30,661 nt of DNA from Macrostomum lignano (taxonomy: Eukaryota): contig NIVC01004111.1 of NCBI GenBank assembly GCA_002269645.1, forward strand, positions 1 to 30,661, read 5' to 3'. The position numbers were made by a program, and so were the translations under genes. The number at the start of each line of letters is the position of its first letter. Position 1 is the first letter of the stretch. The notes below the pieces were generated by a model that saw only the letters and a list, made by a program, of their open reading frames with translations, was not told the DNA's origin and searched no databases. Shown piece by piece: positions 9,801-21,800 of the stretch.

Positions 9801-12800
9801 TTAGCACTATCAAGAACAAAATAATAATATAAAACAAATACTCACTCGGCTCAATCATCACACATGTAGGTGTGCCTGAAATCCCAGGAGAAGTGGTTAC
9901 TGACGTCGATATTGAAGTCGACAAAGTAGTTGTCGAAGTAGATGTTGTGGTTGTAGACGACGGTGGAGTTGTGGTTGTTGATGTTGGTGTCGTAGTAGTC
10001 GTTGCAGATGTTGTGTTTAGTGTCGTATACGGGGTTGTTGTCGACGGCGGTGTCGTGGTCGTTGCCGTCGAAGTTGGTGTTGTAGTTGTCGTCGACGAAG
10101 TAGGTGTTGTAGTTGTCGTCGTCGAAGTTGGTTTTGTAGTTGTTGTCGAACTTGGAGTTGTAGATGTCGAAGCCGCTGTGGTTGTTGTCGATGTTGGTGT
10201 AGTAGTTGTGGTCGACGGCGGCGTTGTTGTAGTCGACGTCGAGGTTGTGGTCGACGTTGTGGGTGTTGTAGTTGTCGTCGTCGAAGTAGGTGTTGTAGTT
10301 GTCGTCGTCGATGTCGATGTCGGTGTTGTAGTTGTTGTTGAAGGCGTTGTGGTTGTTGTCGACGTTGGTGTAGTGGTTGTGGTCGACGGCGGCGTTGTCG
10401 TAGTCGACGTCGAGGTTGTGGTCGTCGAAGTTGGTGTTGTAGTAGTCGTCGTCGAAGTAGGTGTTGTAGTTGTCGTCGTCGAAGTAGGTGTTGTAGTAGT
10501 CGTCGTCGAAGTCGGTGTTGTAGTTGTCGTCGTCGAAGTAGGTGTTTTAGTTGTCGTCGTCGAAGGAGGTGTTGTAGTTGTCGTCGTCGATGTTGGTGTT
10601 GTAGTTGTTGTTGAAGGCGTTGTGGTTGTTGTCGACGTTGGTGTAGTAGTTGTGGTCGACGGCGGCGTTGTCGTAGTCGACGTCGAGGTTGTGGTTGTTG
10701 TCGAAGTCGGCGTTGTAGTTGTCATCGTCGAAGTAGGTGTTGTAGTTGTCGTCGTCGAAGTAGGTGTTGTAGTTGTCGTCGTCGAAGTCGGTGTTGTAGT
10801 TGTCGTCGTCGAAGTCGGTGTTGTAGTTGTCGTCGTCGAAGGAGGTGTTGTAGTTGTCGTCGTCGATGTTGGTGTTGTAGTTGTTGTTGAAGGCGTTGTG
10901 GTTGTTGTCGACGTTGGCGTAGTGGTTGTGGTCGACGGCGGCGTAGTTGTGGTTGATGTGGATGTTGTCGTAGACGTCGACGTCGACGTCGACGTTGATG
11001 TTGTGGTCGAAAGTCTTGTGTAACATCCTAGCATGCTTACCTGAACATTGACCGGAAGGTTGTTCGTATTGATGAAGTTGAACTTGATTCTGATTCTGTT
11101 TGTCTGTAGACCAAGGCCGCCGATTGAGGCACACTCGATAAAGTTATTGCTACACGTGGCCACGTCCTCAGCACTGTTGGCAGATTTTACTAATGTGAAG
11201 GTTGCAGCAACGCCAGACGATTTATACAGCTGGATTGACGTAATCAATCCTGGAGTGCTTGAAATGATGCTGAGCTTTCCAATAATCGACTGACTGCCGT
11301 CGTCGCCACTGACATTGAAGTCAAAGGAAATGCTTTCATCTTTGCGGGTTACTGAAGGTGCGCGGTTGACATCAAGACCACTCGTCGACGGACGAAGGAG
11401 GTTCAACTCGCTTTGCGCAATGAGTCCAACACCTTGAGTGGAAGCACTCACAGAGATGTCGCTCAACCCAATTGGACCATTGTTCGCCATGCCGTCTTCC
11501 TCAATGCAACGCTGCGGCAAGGAGGTGCTCTTTGCAAGAATGTTCTCTGTAGTCGTGGTTGTCGAAGGCGGCGTAGTAGTCGTCGACGGCGATGTCGTGG
11601 TGGTCGACGTCGAGGTTGTCGTCGTTGGTGCTGTGGTCGTTGTTGAGCTTGAGGTTGTCGTTGTTGATGATGGTGTCGTAGTTGTTGTAGACGGTGGAGT
11701 TGTGGTCGTCGACGTCGAGGTCGTTGTTGTTGTAGGTGTTGTTGTCGTCGATGTAGGCGTTGTAGTTGTCGACGTTGGCGTAGTCGTAGTCGACGTAGGC
11801 GTAGTTGTAGTCGACGTTGGCGTTGTGGTTGTCGATGTTGAGGTCGTAGTTGTAGACGGAGGTGTTGTAGTTGTCGTCGTCGATGTTGGTGTTGTAGTTG
11901 TTGTTGAAGGCGTTGTGGTTGTTGTCGACGTTGGTGTAGTGGTTGTGGTCGACGGCGGCGTTGTCGTAGTCGACGTCGAGGTTGTGGTCGTCGAAGTTGG
12001 TGTTGTAGTAGCTGTCGTCGAAGTTGGTGTTGTAGTTGTTGAAGCCGTTGTGGTTGTTGTTGACGACGGAGTGGTGGTAGTTGTTGAAGGCGTTGTTGTG
12101 GTTGTTGACGTTGGAGTGGTAGTCGTCGATGTGGGCGTGGTCGTTGTCGCCGGTGAAGTTGTGGAGCCTTGCTTGAAACATCCATATATTCCAACTTGGA
12201 GGTCGATGCTGTTTTTGTCAGTTACAGATGTGTAGAAGACCTCGAATCGAAGCATTTTCGACACAATAGAGACTGTACTAAGGCACACCATTAGGTCTGA
12301 CTTGCAGCTCGTGAGATTGCTGCCAGAGAAATAGTAAGTGTCCCAATTTGGTTGAGAAAGCGTCGGCTTGTTGTACACTCGAACGGCTGTTACTTCGGGG
12401 GCTGTAAACCTCAGCTCAATTCGTCCAATCTCTACTCCGCTGGTCGATTCAGCTGCAGGGTTCACTTCAATTAGAATGTTCTCATTTGGATTACTAAAAG
12501 ATGTGGCCGTTGGCCGGTTCAAATTAAATGGGACTGGTGATGACAGGCGCAACTTTTCTAAATCAGAAGCCGTGTATCCAGACTGTGTTCCACCGATTAC
12601 TTGAATATTCGATGGTGAGATGATGAATGGGTTCGAAAGTCCATCAATTTCAATACAAACACGCGGCACTGTAGTAGTGGAAGGCGTTGTAGTACTAGTC
12701 GACGTCGACGTTGTCGTGGTTGTTGGTGTAGTGGTCGTAGTTGATGGTGTCGTAGTTGTCGTCGACGGCGGTGTCGTGGTCGTAGAAGGCGTTGTGGTTG

Positions 12801-15800
12801 TTGTCGACGTTGGTGTAGTAGTTGTGGTCGACGGCGGCGTTGTCGTAGTCGACGTCGAAGTTGGTGTTGTAGTAGTCGTCGTCGAAGTCGGTGTTGTAGT
12901 TGTCGTCGTCGAAGGAGGTGTTGTAGTTGTTGTCGTCGAAGTAGGTGTTGTAGTTGTCGTCGTCGATGTCGATGTCGGTGTTGTAGTTGTTGTTGAAGGC
13001 GTTGTGGTTGTTGTCGACGTTGGTGTAGTAGTTGTGGTCGACGGCGGCGTTGTCGTAGTCGACGTCGAGGTTGTGGTTGTTGTCGAAGTCGGCGTTGTAG
13101 TTGTCATCGTCGAAGTAGGTGTTGTAGTTGTCGTCGTCGAAGTAGGTGTTGTAGTTGTCGTCGTCGAAGTCGGTGTTGTAGTTGTCGTCGTCGAAGTCGG
13201 TGTTGTAGTTGTCGTCGTCGAAGGAGGTGTTGTAGTTGTCGTCGTCGATGTTGGTGTTGTAGTTGTTGTTGAAGGCGTTGTGGTTGTTGTCGACGTTGGC
13301 GTAGTGGTTGTGGTCGACGGCGGCGTAGTTGTGGTTGATGTGGATGTTGTCGTAGACGTCGACGTCGACGTCGACGTTGATGTTGTGGTCGAAAGTCTTG
13401 TGTAACATCCTAGCATGCTTACCTGAACATTGACCGGAAGGTTGTTCGTATTGATGAAGTTGAACTTGATTCTGATTCTGTTTGTCTGTAGACCAAGGCC
13501 GCCGATTGAGGCACACTCGATAAAGTTATTGCTACACGTGGCCACGTCCTCAGCACTGTTGGCAGATTTTACTAATGTGAAGGTTGCAGCAACGCCAGAC
13601 GATTTATACAGCTGGATTGACGTAATCAATCCTGGAGTGCTTGAAATGATGCTGAGCTTTCCAATAATCGACTGACTGCCGTCGTCGCCACTGACATTGA
13701 AGTCAAAGGAAATGCTTTCATCTTTGCGGGTTACTGAAGGTGCGCGGTTGACATCAAGACCACTCGTCGACGGACGAAGGAGGTTCAACTCGCTTTGCGC
13801 AATGAGTCCAACACCTTGAGTGGAAGCACTCACAGAGATGTCGCTCAACCCAATTGGACCATTGTTCGCCATGCCGTCTTCCTCAATGCAACGCTGCGGC
13901 AAGGAGGTGCTCTTTGCAAGAATGTTCTCTGTAGTCGTGGTTGTCGAAGGCGGCGTAGTAGTCGTCGACGGCGATGTCGTGGTGGTCGACGTCGAGGTTG
14001 TCGTCGTTGGTGCTGTGGTCGTTGTTGAGCTTGAGGTTGTCGTTGTTGATGATGGTGTCGTAGTTGTTGTAGACGGTGGAGTTGTGGTCGTCGACGTCGA
14101 GGTCGTTGTTGTTGTAGGTGTTGTTGTCGTCGATGTAGGCGTTGTAGTTGTCGACGTTGGCGTAGTCGTAGTCGACGTTGGCGTAGTTGTAGTCGACGTT
14201 GGCGTTGTGGTTGTCGATGTTGAGGTCGTAGTTGTAGAAGGAGGTGTTGTAGTTGTCGTCGTCGATGTAGGCGTTGTAGTTGTCGACGTTGGCGTAGTTG
14301 TAGTCGACGTTGGCGTTGTGGTTGTCGATGTTGAGGTCGTAGTTGTAGAAGGAGGTGTTGTAGTTGTCGTCGTCGATGTTGGTGTTGTAGTTGTTGTTGA
14401 AGGCGTTGTGGTTGTTGTCGACGTTGGTGTAGTGGTTGTGGTCGACGGCGGCGTTGTCGTAGTCGACGTCGAGGTTGTGGTCGTCGAAGTTGGTGTTGTA
14501 GTAGCTGTCGTCGAAGTTGGTGTTGTAGTTGTTGAAGCCGTTGTGGTTGTTGTTGACGACGGAGTGGTGGTAGTTGTTGAAGGCGTTGTTGTGGTTGTTG
14601 ACGTTGGAGTGGTAGTCGTCGATGTGGGCGTGGTCGTTGTCGCCGGTGAAGTTGTGGAGCCTTGCTTGAAACATCCATATATTCCAATTTGGAGGTCGAT
14701 GCTGTTTTTGTCAGTTACAGATGTGTAGAAGACCTCGAATCGAAGCATTTTCGACACAATAGAGACTGTACTAAGGCACACCATTAGGTCTGACTTGCAG
14801 TTCGTGAGATTGCTGCCAGAGAAATAGTAAGTGTCCCAATTTGGTTGAGAAAGCGTCGGCTTGTTGTACACTCGAACGGCTGTTACTTCGGGGGCTGTAA
14901 ACCTCAGCTCAATTCGTCCAATCTCTACTCCGCTGGTCGATTCAGCTGCAGGGTTCACTTCAATTAGAATGTTCTCATTTGGATTACTAAAAGATGTGGC
15001 CGTTGGCCGGTTCAAATTAAATGGGACTGGTGATGACAGGCGCAACTTTTCTAAATCAGAAGCCGTGTATCCAGACTGTGTTCCACCGATTACTTGAATA
15101 TTCGATGGTGAGATGATGAATGGGTTCGAAAGTCCATCAATTTCAATACAAACACGCGGCACTGTAGTAGTGGAAGGCGTTGTAGTACTAGTCGACGTCG
15201 ACGTTGTCGTGGTTGTTGGTGTAGTGGTCGTAGTTGATGGTGTCGTAGTTGTCGTCGACGGCGGTGTCGTGGTCGTAGAAGGCGTTGTGGTTGTTGTCGA
15301 CGTTGGTGTAGTAGTTGTGGTCGACGGCGGCGTTGTCGTAGTCGACGTCGAAGTTGGTGTTGTAGTAGTCGTCGTCGAAGTCGGTGTTGTAGTTGTCGTC
15401 GTCGAAGGAGGTGTTGTAGTTGTCGTCGTCGAAGTAGGTGTTGTAGTTGTCGTCGTCGATGTTGGTGTTGTAGTTGTTGTTGAAGGCGTTGTGGTTGTTG
15501 TCGACGTTGGTGTAGTAGTTGTGGTCGACGGCGGCGTTGTCGTAGTCGACGTCGAGGTTGTGGTTGTTGTCGAAGTAGGTGTTGTAGTAGTCGTCGTCGA
15601 AGTCGGTGTTGTAGTTGTCGTCGTCGAAGAAGGTGTTGTAGTTGTCGTCGTCGAAGTCGGTGTTGTAGTTGTCGTCGTCGAAGTAGGTGTTTTAGTTGTC
15701 GTCGTCGAAGGAGGTGTTGTAGTTGTCATCGTCGATGTTGGTGTTGTAGTTGTTGTTGAAGGCGTTGTGGTTGTTGTCGACGTTGGCGTAGTGGTTGTGG

Positions 15801-18800
15801 TCGACGGCGGCGTAGTTGTGGTTGATGTGGATGTTGTCGTAGACGTCGACGTCGACGTCGACGTTGATGTTGTGGTCGAAAGTCTTGTGTAACATCCTAG
15901 CATGCTTACCTGAACATTGACCGGAAGGTTGTTCGTATTGATGAAGTTGAACTTGATTCTGATTCTGTTTGTCTGTAGACCAAGGCCGCCGATTGAGGCA
16001 CACTCGATAAAGTTATTGCTACACGTGGCCACGTCCTCAGCACTGTTGGCAGATTTTACTAATGTGAAGGTTGCAGCAACGCCAGACGATTTATACAGCT
16101 GGATTGACGTAATCAATCCTGGAGTGCTTGAAATGATGCTGAGCTTTCCAATAATCGACTGACTGCCGTCGTCGCCACTGACATTGAAGTCAAAGGAAAT
16201 GCTTTCATCTTTGCGGGTTACTGAAGGTGCGCGGTTGACATCAAGACCACTCGTCGACGGACGAAGGAGGTTCAACTCGCTTTGCGCAATGAGTCCAACA
16301 CCTTGAGTGGAAGCACTCACAGAGATGTCGCTCAACCCAATTGGACCATTGTTCGCCATGCCGTCTTCCTCAATGCAACGCTGCGGCAAGGAGGTGCTCT
16401 TTGCAAGAATGTTCTCTGTAGTCGTGGTTGTCGAAGGCGGCGTAGTAGTCGTCGACGGCGATGTCGTGGTGGTCGACGTCGAGGTTGTCGTCGTTGGTGC
16501 TGTGGTCGTTGTTGAGCTTGAGGTTGTCGTTGTTGATGATGGTGTCGTAGTTGTTGTAGACGGTGGAGTTGTGGTCGTCGACGTCGAGGTCGTTGTTGTT
16601 GTAGGTGTTGTTGTCGTCGATGTAGGCGTTGTAGTTGTCGACGTTGGCGTAGTCGTAGTCGACGTAGGCGTAGTTGTAGTCGACGTTGGCGTTGTGGTTG
16701 TCGATGTTGAGGTCGTAGTTGTAGAAGGAGGTGTTGTAGTTGTCGTCGTCGATGTTGGTGTTGTAGTTGTTGTTGAAGGCGTTGTGGTTGTTGTTGACGT
16801 TGGTGTAGTGGTTGTGGTCGACGGCGGCGTTGTCGTAGTCGACGTCGAGGTTGTGGTCGTCGAAGTTGGTGTTGTAGTAGCTGTCGTCGAAGTTGGTGTT
16901 GTAGTTGTTGAAGCCGTTGTGGTTGTTGTTGACGACGGAGTGGTGGTAGTTGTTGAAGGCGTTGTTGTGGTTGTTGACGTTGGAGTGGTAGTCGTCGATG
17001 TGGGCGTGGTCGTTGTCGCCGGTGAAGTTGTGGAGCCTTGCTTGAAACATCCATATATTCCAATTTGGAGGTCGATGCTGTTTTTGTCAGTTACAGATGT
17101 GTAGAAGACCTCGAATCGAAGCATTTTCGACACAATAGAGACTGTACTAAGGCACACCATTAGGTCTGACTTGCAGCTCGTGAGATTGCTGCCAGAGAAA
17201 TAGTAAGTGTCCCAATTTGGTTGAGAAAGCGTCGGCTTGTTGTACACTCGAACGGCTGTTACTTCGGGGGCTGTAAACCTCAGCTCAATTCGTCCAATCT
17301 CTACTCCGCTGGTCGATTCAGCTGCAGGGTTCACTTCAATTAGAATGTTCTCATTTGGATTACTAAAAGATATGGCCGTTGGCCGGTTCAAATTAAATGG
17401 GACTGGTGATGACAGGCGCAACTTTTCTAAATCAGAAGCCGTGTATCCAGACTGTGTTCCACCGATTACTTGAATATTCGATGGTGAGATGATGAATGGG
17501 TTCGAAAGTCCATCAATTTCAATACAAACACGCGGCACTGTAGTAGTGGAAGGCGTTGTAGTACTAGTCGACGTCGACGTTGTCGTGGTTGTTGGTGTAG
17601 TGGTCGTAGTTGATGGTGTCGTAGTTGTCGTCGACGGCGGTGTCGTGGTCGTAGAAGGCGTTGTGGTTGCTGTCGACGTTGGTGTAGTAGTTGTGGTCGA
17701 CGGCGGCGTTGTCGTAGTCGACGTCGAGGTTGTGGTCGTCGAAGTAGGTGTAGTAGTAGTCGTCGTCGAAGTCGGCGTTGTAGTTGTCATCGTCGAAGTA
17801 GGTGTTGTAGTTGTCGTCGTCGAAGTAGGTGTTGTAGTAGTCGTCGTCGCAGGAGGTGTTGTTGTTGTCGTCGTCGAAGGAGGTGTTGTAGTTGTCGTCG
17901 TCGATGTTGGTGTTGTAGTTGTTGTTGAAGGCGTTGTGGTTGTTGTCGACGTTGGTGTAGTAGTTGTGGTCGACGGCGGCGTTGTCGTAGTCGACGTCGA
18001 GGTTGTGGTCGTCGAAGTAGGTGTTGTAGTTGTCGTTGACGATGGTTTAGTGGTGGTTGACGTCGATGTAACTGTATTCGTTGTGATTTTTTCCGTGGTC
18101 TTGGTTGTGTAACAACCCAAAATATTTAGTTTTATCGACAATTTCAGGTCAGGTAAATTAGTAAACTCGTAAAATACGGAAATAGAAACAGCGTTTAGTC
18201 CTCGACCGCTGATAGAAGCACATGCTATCAAATCTTCAAGACATGTAAGCGTCTCAGCAGAAGTTGTTGTCTTTTTTACCAAAGAAAGAGGGGCACTGAA
18301 GTCAGCTTTAGAAAGAAACTGCATGGATGTGATTAAAACAGGAACATTCGCTATAGTCTGTAGCTTTCCTATCGTTGATGGGATTCCCCCATCCTCAGAG
18401 ACATCGAAGTTAAATTGTATCGTTTCTGTTTTAGGCGAATCTGACGCCAACTGACTTACAACAAGCCCACTTTCATTTGGTCGTAGCGAATTTAAATCCG
18501 ATTGTGGAATCGAAGCTCCGATGGAATAGTTGCTGACAGACATATCAGTCAAAGATATAATATTATTGTCGGACATAAAATCTGTTTCTAGACACACGCT
18601 GCTAGGAGTATTTGTAGATGTTGTCGATGGTTGAATAGTGGTAGTCGACGACGAAGTCGTAGCCGTTGATGTTGGTGCAGTAGTTGTGGTTGACAACAGC
18701 GTGGTTGTCGAAGTTGATGCCGTCAACGTCGTTGCTGGAGTCGTAGTGGTATTCGTAGACGTAGATGTTGGAGTCGCAGTAGTAGAGGTAGGTGTTGTGG

Positions 18801-21800
18801 TAGTCGTAGAAGCCGTTGTTGTGGTCGTTGTTGGTGTTGTTGTCGTGTCGTTAATGATGGTGTTGTAGTTGTTGTAGACGACGGAGTTGTGGTGGATGTT
18901 GACGTTGGCGATGTTGTTATAGTCGTCGTTGGCGTAGTAGTTGTCGTCGTTGGCGTAGTTTTAGTCGTCGTTGGCGAAGTTGTACTCGACGTTGGTGTGA
19001 ATGTTGTAGTCGACGTTGGCCTGGTAGTTGTATTCGACGTTGGCGTTGTGGCTGTCGATGTTGAGGTCGTAGTTGTAGAAGGAGGTGTTGTAGTTGTCGT
19101 CGTCGATGTTGGTGTTGTAGTTGTTGTTGAAGGCGTTGTGGTTGTTGTCGACGTTGGTGTAGTAGTTGTGGTCGACGGCGGCGTTGTCGTAGTCGACGTC
19201 GAGGTTGTGGTTGTTGTCGAAGTAGGTGTTGTAGTAGTCGTCGTCGAAGTCGGTGTTGTAGTTGTCATCGTCGAAGTAGGTGTTGTAGTTGTCGTCGTCG
19301 AAGTCGGTGTTGTAGTTGTCGTCGTCGAAGTCGGTGTTGTAGTTGTCGTCGTCGAAGGAGGTGTTGTAGTTGTCGTCGTCGATGTTGGTGTTGTAGTTGT
19401 TGTTGAAGGCGTTGTGGTTGTTGTCGACGTTGGCGTAGTGGTTGTGGTCGACGGCGGCGTAGTTGTGGTTGATGTGGATGTTGTCGTAGACGTCGACGTC
19501 GACGTCGACGTTGATGTTGTGGTCGAAAGTCTTGTGTAACATCCTAGCATGCTTACCTGAACATTGACCGGAAGGTTGTTCGTATTGATGAAGTTGAACT
19601 TGATTCTGATTCTGTTTGTCTGTAGACCAAGGCCGCCGATTGAGGCACACTCGATAAAGTTATTGCTACACGTGGCCACGTCCTCAGCACTGTTGGCAGA
19701 TTTTACTAATGTGAAGGTTGCAGCAACGCCAGACGATTTATACAGCTGGATTGACGTAATCAATCCTGGAGTGCTTGAAATGATGCTGAGCTTTCCAATA
19801 ATCGACTGACTGCCGTCGTCGCCACTGACATTGAAGTCAAAGGAAATGCTTTCATCTTTGCGGGTTACTGAAGGTGCGCGGTTGACATCAAGACCACTCG
19901 TCGACGGACGAAGGAGGTTCAACTCGCTTTGCGCAATGAGTCCAACACCTTGAGTGGAAGCACTCACAGAGATGTCGCTCAACCCAATTGGACCATTGTT
20001 CGCCATGCCGTCTTCCTCAATGCAACGCTGCGGCAAGGAGGTGCTCTTTGCAAGAATGTTCTCTGTAGTCGTGGTTGTCGAAGGCGGCGTAGTAGTCGTC
20101 GACGGCGATGTCGTGGTGGTCGACGTCGAGGTTGTCGTCGTTGGTGCTGTGGTCGTTGTTGAGCTTGAGGTTGTCGTTGTTGATGATGGTGTCGTAGTTG
20201 TTGTAGACGGTGGAGTTGTGGTCGTCGACGTCGAGGTCGTTGTTGTTGTAGGTGTTGTTGTCGTCGATGTAGGCGTTGTAGTTGTCGACGTTGGCGTAGT
20301 CGTAGTCGACGTAGGCGTAGTTGTAGTCGACGTTGGCGTTGTGGTTGTCGATGTTGAGGTCGTAGTTGTAGACGGAGGTGTTGTAGTTGTCGTCGTCGAT
20401 GTTGGTGTTGTAGTTGTTGTTGAAGGCGTTGTGGTTGTTGTCGACGTTGGTGTAGTGGTTGTGGTCGACGGCGGCGTTGTCGTAGTCGACGTCGAGGTTG
20501 TGGTCGTCGAAGTTGGTGTTGTAGTAGCTGTCGTCGAAGTTGGTGTTGTAGTTGTTGAAGCCGTTGTGGTTGTTGTTGACGACGGAGTGGTGGTAGTTGT
20601 TGAAGGCGTTGTTGTGGTTGTTGACGTTGGAGTGGTAGTCGTCGATGTGGGCGTGGTCGTTGTCGCCGGTGAAGTTGTGGAGCCTTGCTTGAAACATCCA
20701 TATATTCCAATTTGGAGGTCGATGCTGTTTTTGTCAGTTACAGATGTGTAGAAGACCTCGAATCGAAGCATTTTCGACACAATAGAGACTGTACTAAGGC
20801 ACACCATTAGGTCTGACTTGCAGTTCGTGAGATTGCTGCCAGAGAAATAGTAAGTGTCCCAATTTGGTTGAGAAAGCGTCGGCTTGTTGTACACTCGAAC
20901 GGCTGTTACTTCGGGGGCTGTAAACCTCAGCTCAATTCGTCCAATCTCTACTCCGCTGGTCGATTCAGCTGCAGGGTTCACTTCAATTAGAATGTTCTCA
21001 TTTGGATTACTAAAAGATATGGCCGTTGGCCGGTTCAAATTAAATGGGACTGGTGATGACAGGCGCAACTTTTCTAAATCAGAAGCCGTGTATCCAGACT
21101 GTGTTCCACCGATTACTTGAATATTCGATGGTGAGATGATGAATGGGTTCGAAAGTCCATCAATTTCAATACAAACACGCGGCACTGTAGTAGTGGAAGG
21201 CGTTGTAGTACTAGTCGACGTCGACGTTGTCGTGGTTGTTGGTGTAGTGGTCGTAGTTGATGGTGTCGTAGTTGTCGTCGACGGCGGTGTCGTGGTCGTA
21301 GAAGGCGTTGTGGTTGCTGTCGACGTTGGTGTAGTAGTTGTGGTCGACGGCGGCGTTGTCGTAGTCGACGTCGAGGTTGTGGTCGTCGAAGTAGGTGTAG
21401 TAGTAGTCGTCGTCGAAGTCGGCGTTGTAGTTGTCATCGTCGAAGTAGGTGTTGTAGTTGTCGTCGTCGAAGTAGGTGTTGTAGTAGTCGTCGTCGAAGT
21501 CGGTGTTGTAGTTGTCGTCGTCGAAGTCGGTGTTGTAGTTGTCGTCGTCGAAGGAGGTGTTGTAGTTGTCGTCGTCGATGTTGGTGTTGTAGTTGTTGTT
21601 GAAGGCGTTGTGGTTGTTGTCGACGTTGGCGTAGTGGTTGTGGTCGACGGCGGCGTAGTTGTGGTTGATGTGGATGTTGTCGTAGACGTCGACGTCGACG
21701 TCGACGTTGATGTTGTGGTCGAAAGTCTTGTGTAACATCCTAGCATGCTTACCTGAACATTGACCGGAAGGTTGTTCGTATTGATGAAGTTGAACTTGAT

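Noticed and set aside
9778-9845. Hydrophobic tail [20 protein letters not shown] suggesting a transmembrane mucin
   Set aside because: It is read-through into an AT-rich intron after the GTGAGT donor at 9845; splicing continues in phase to the TSP1 exons. Only intron retention would produce it.
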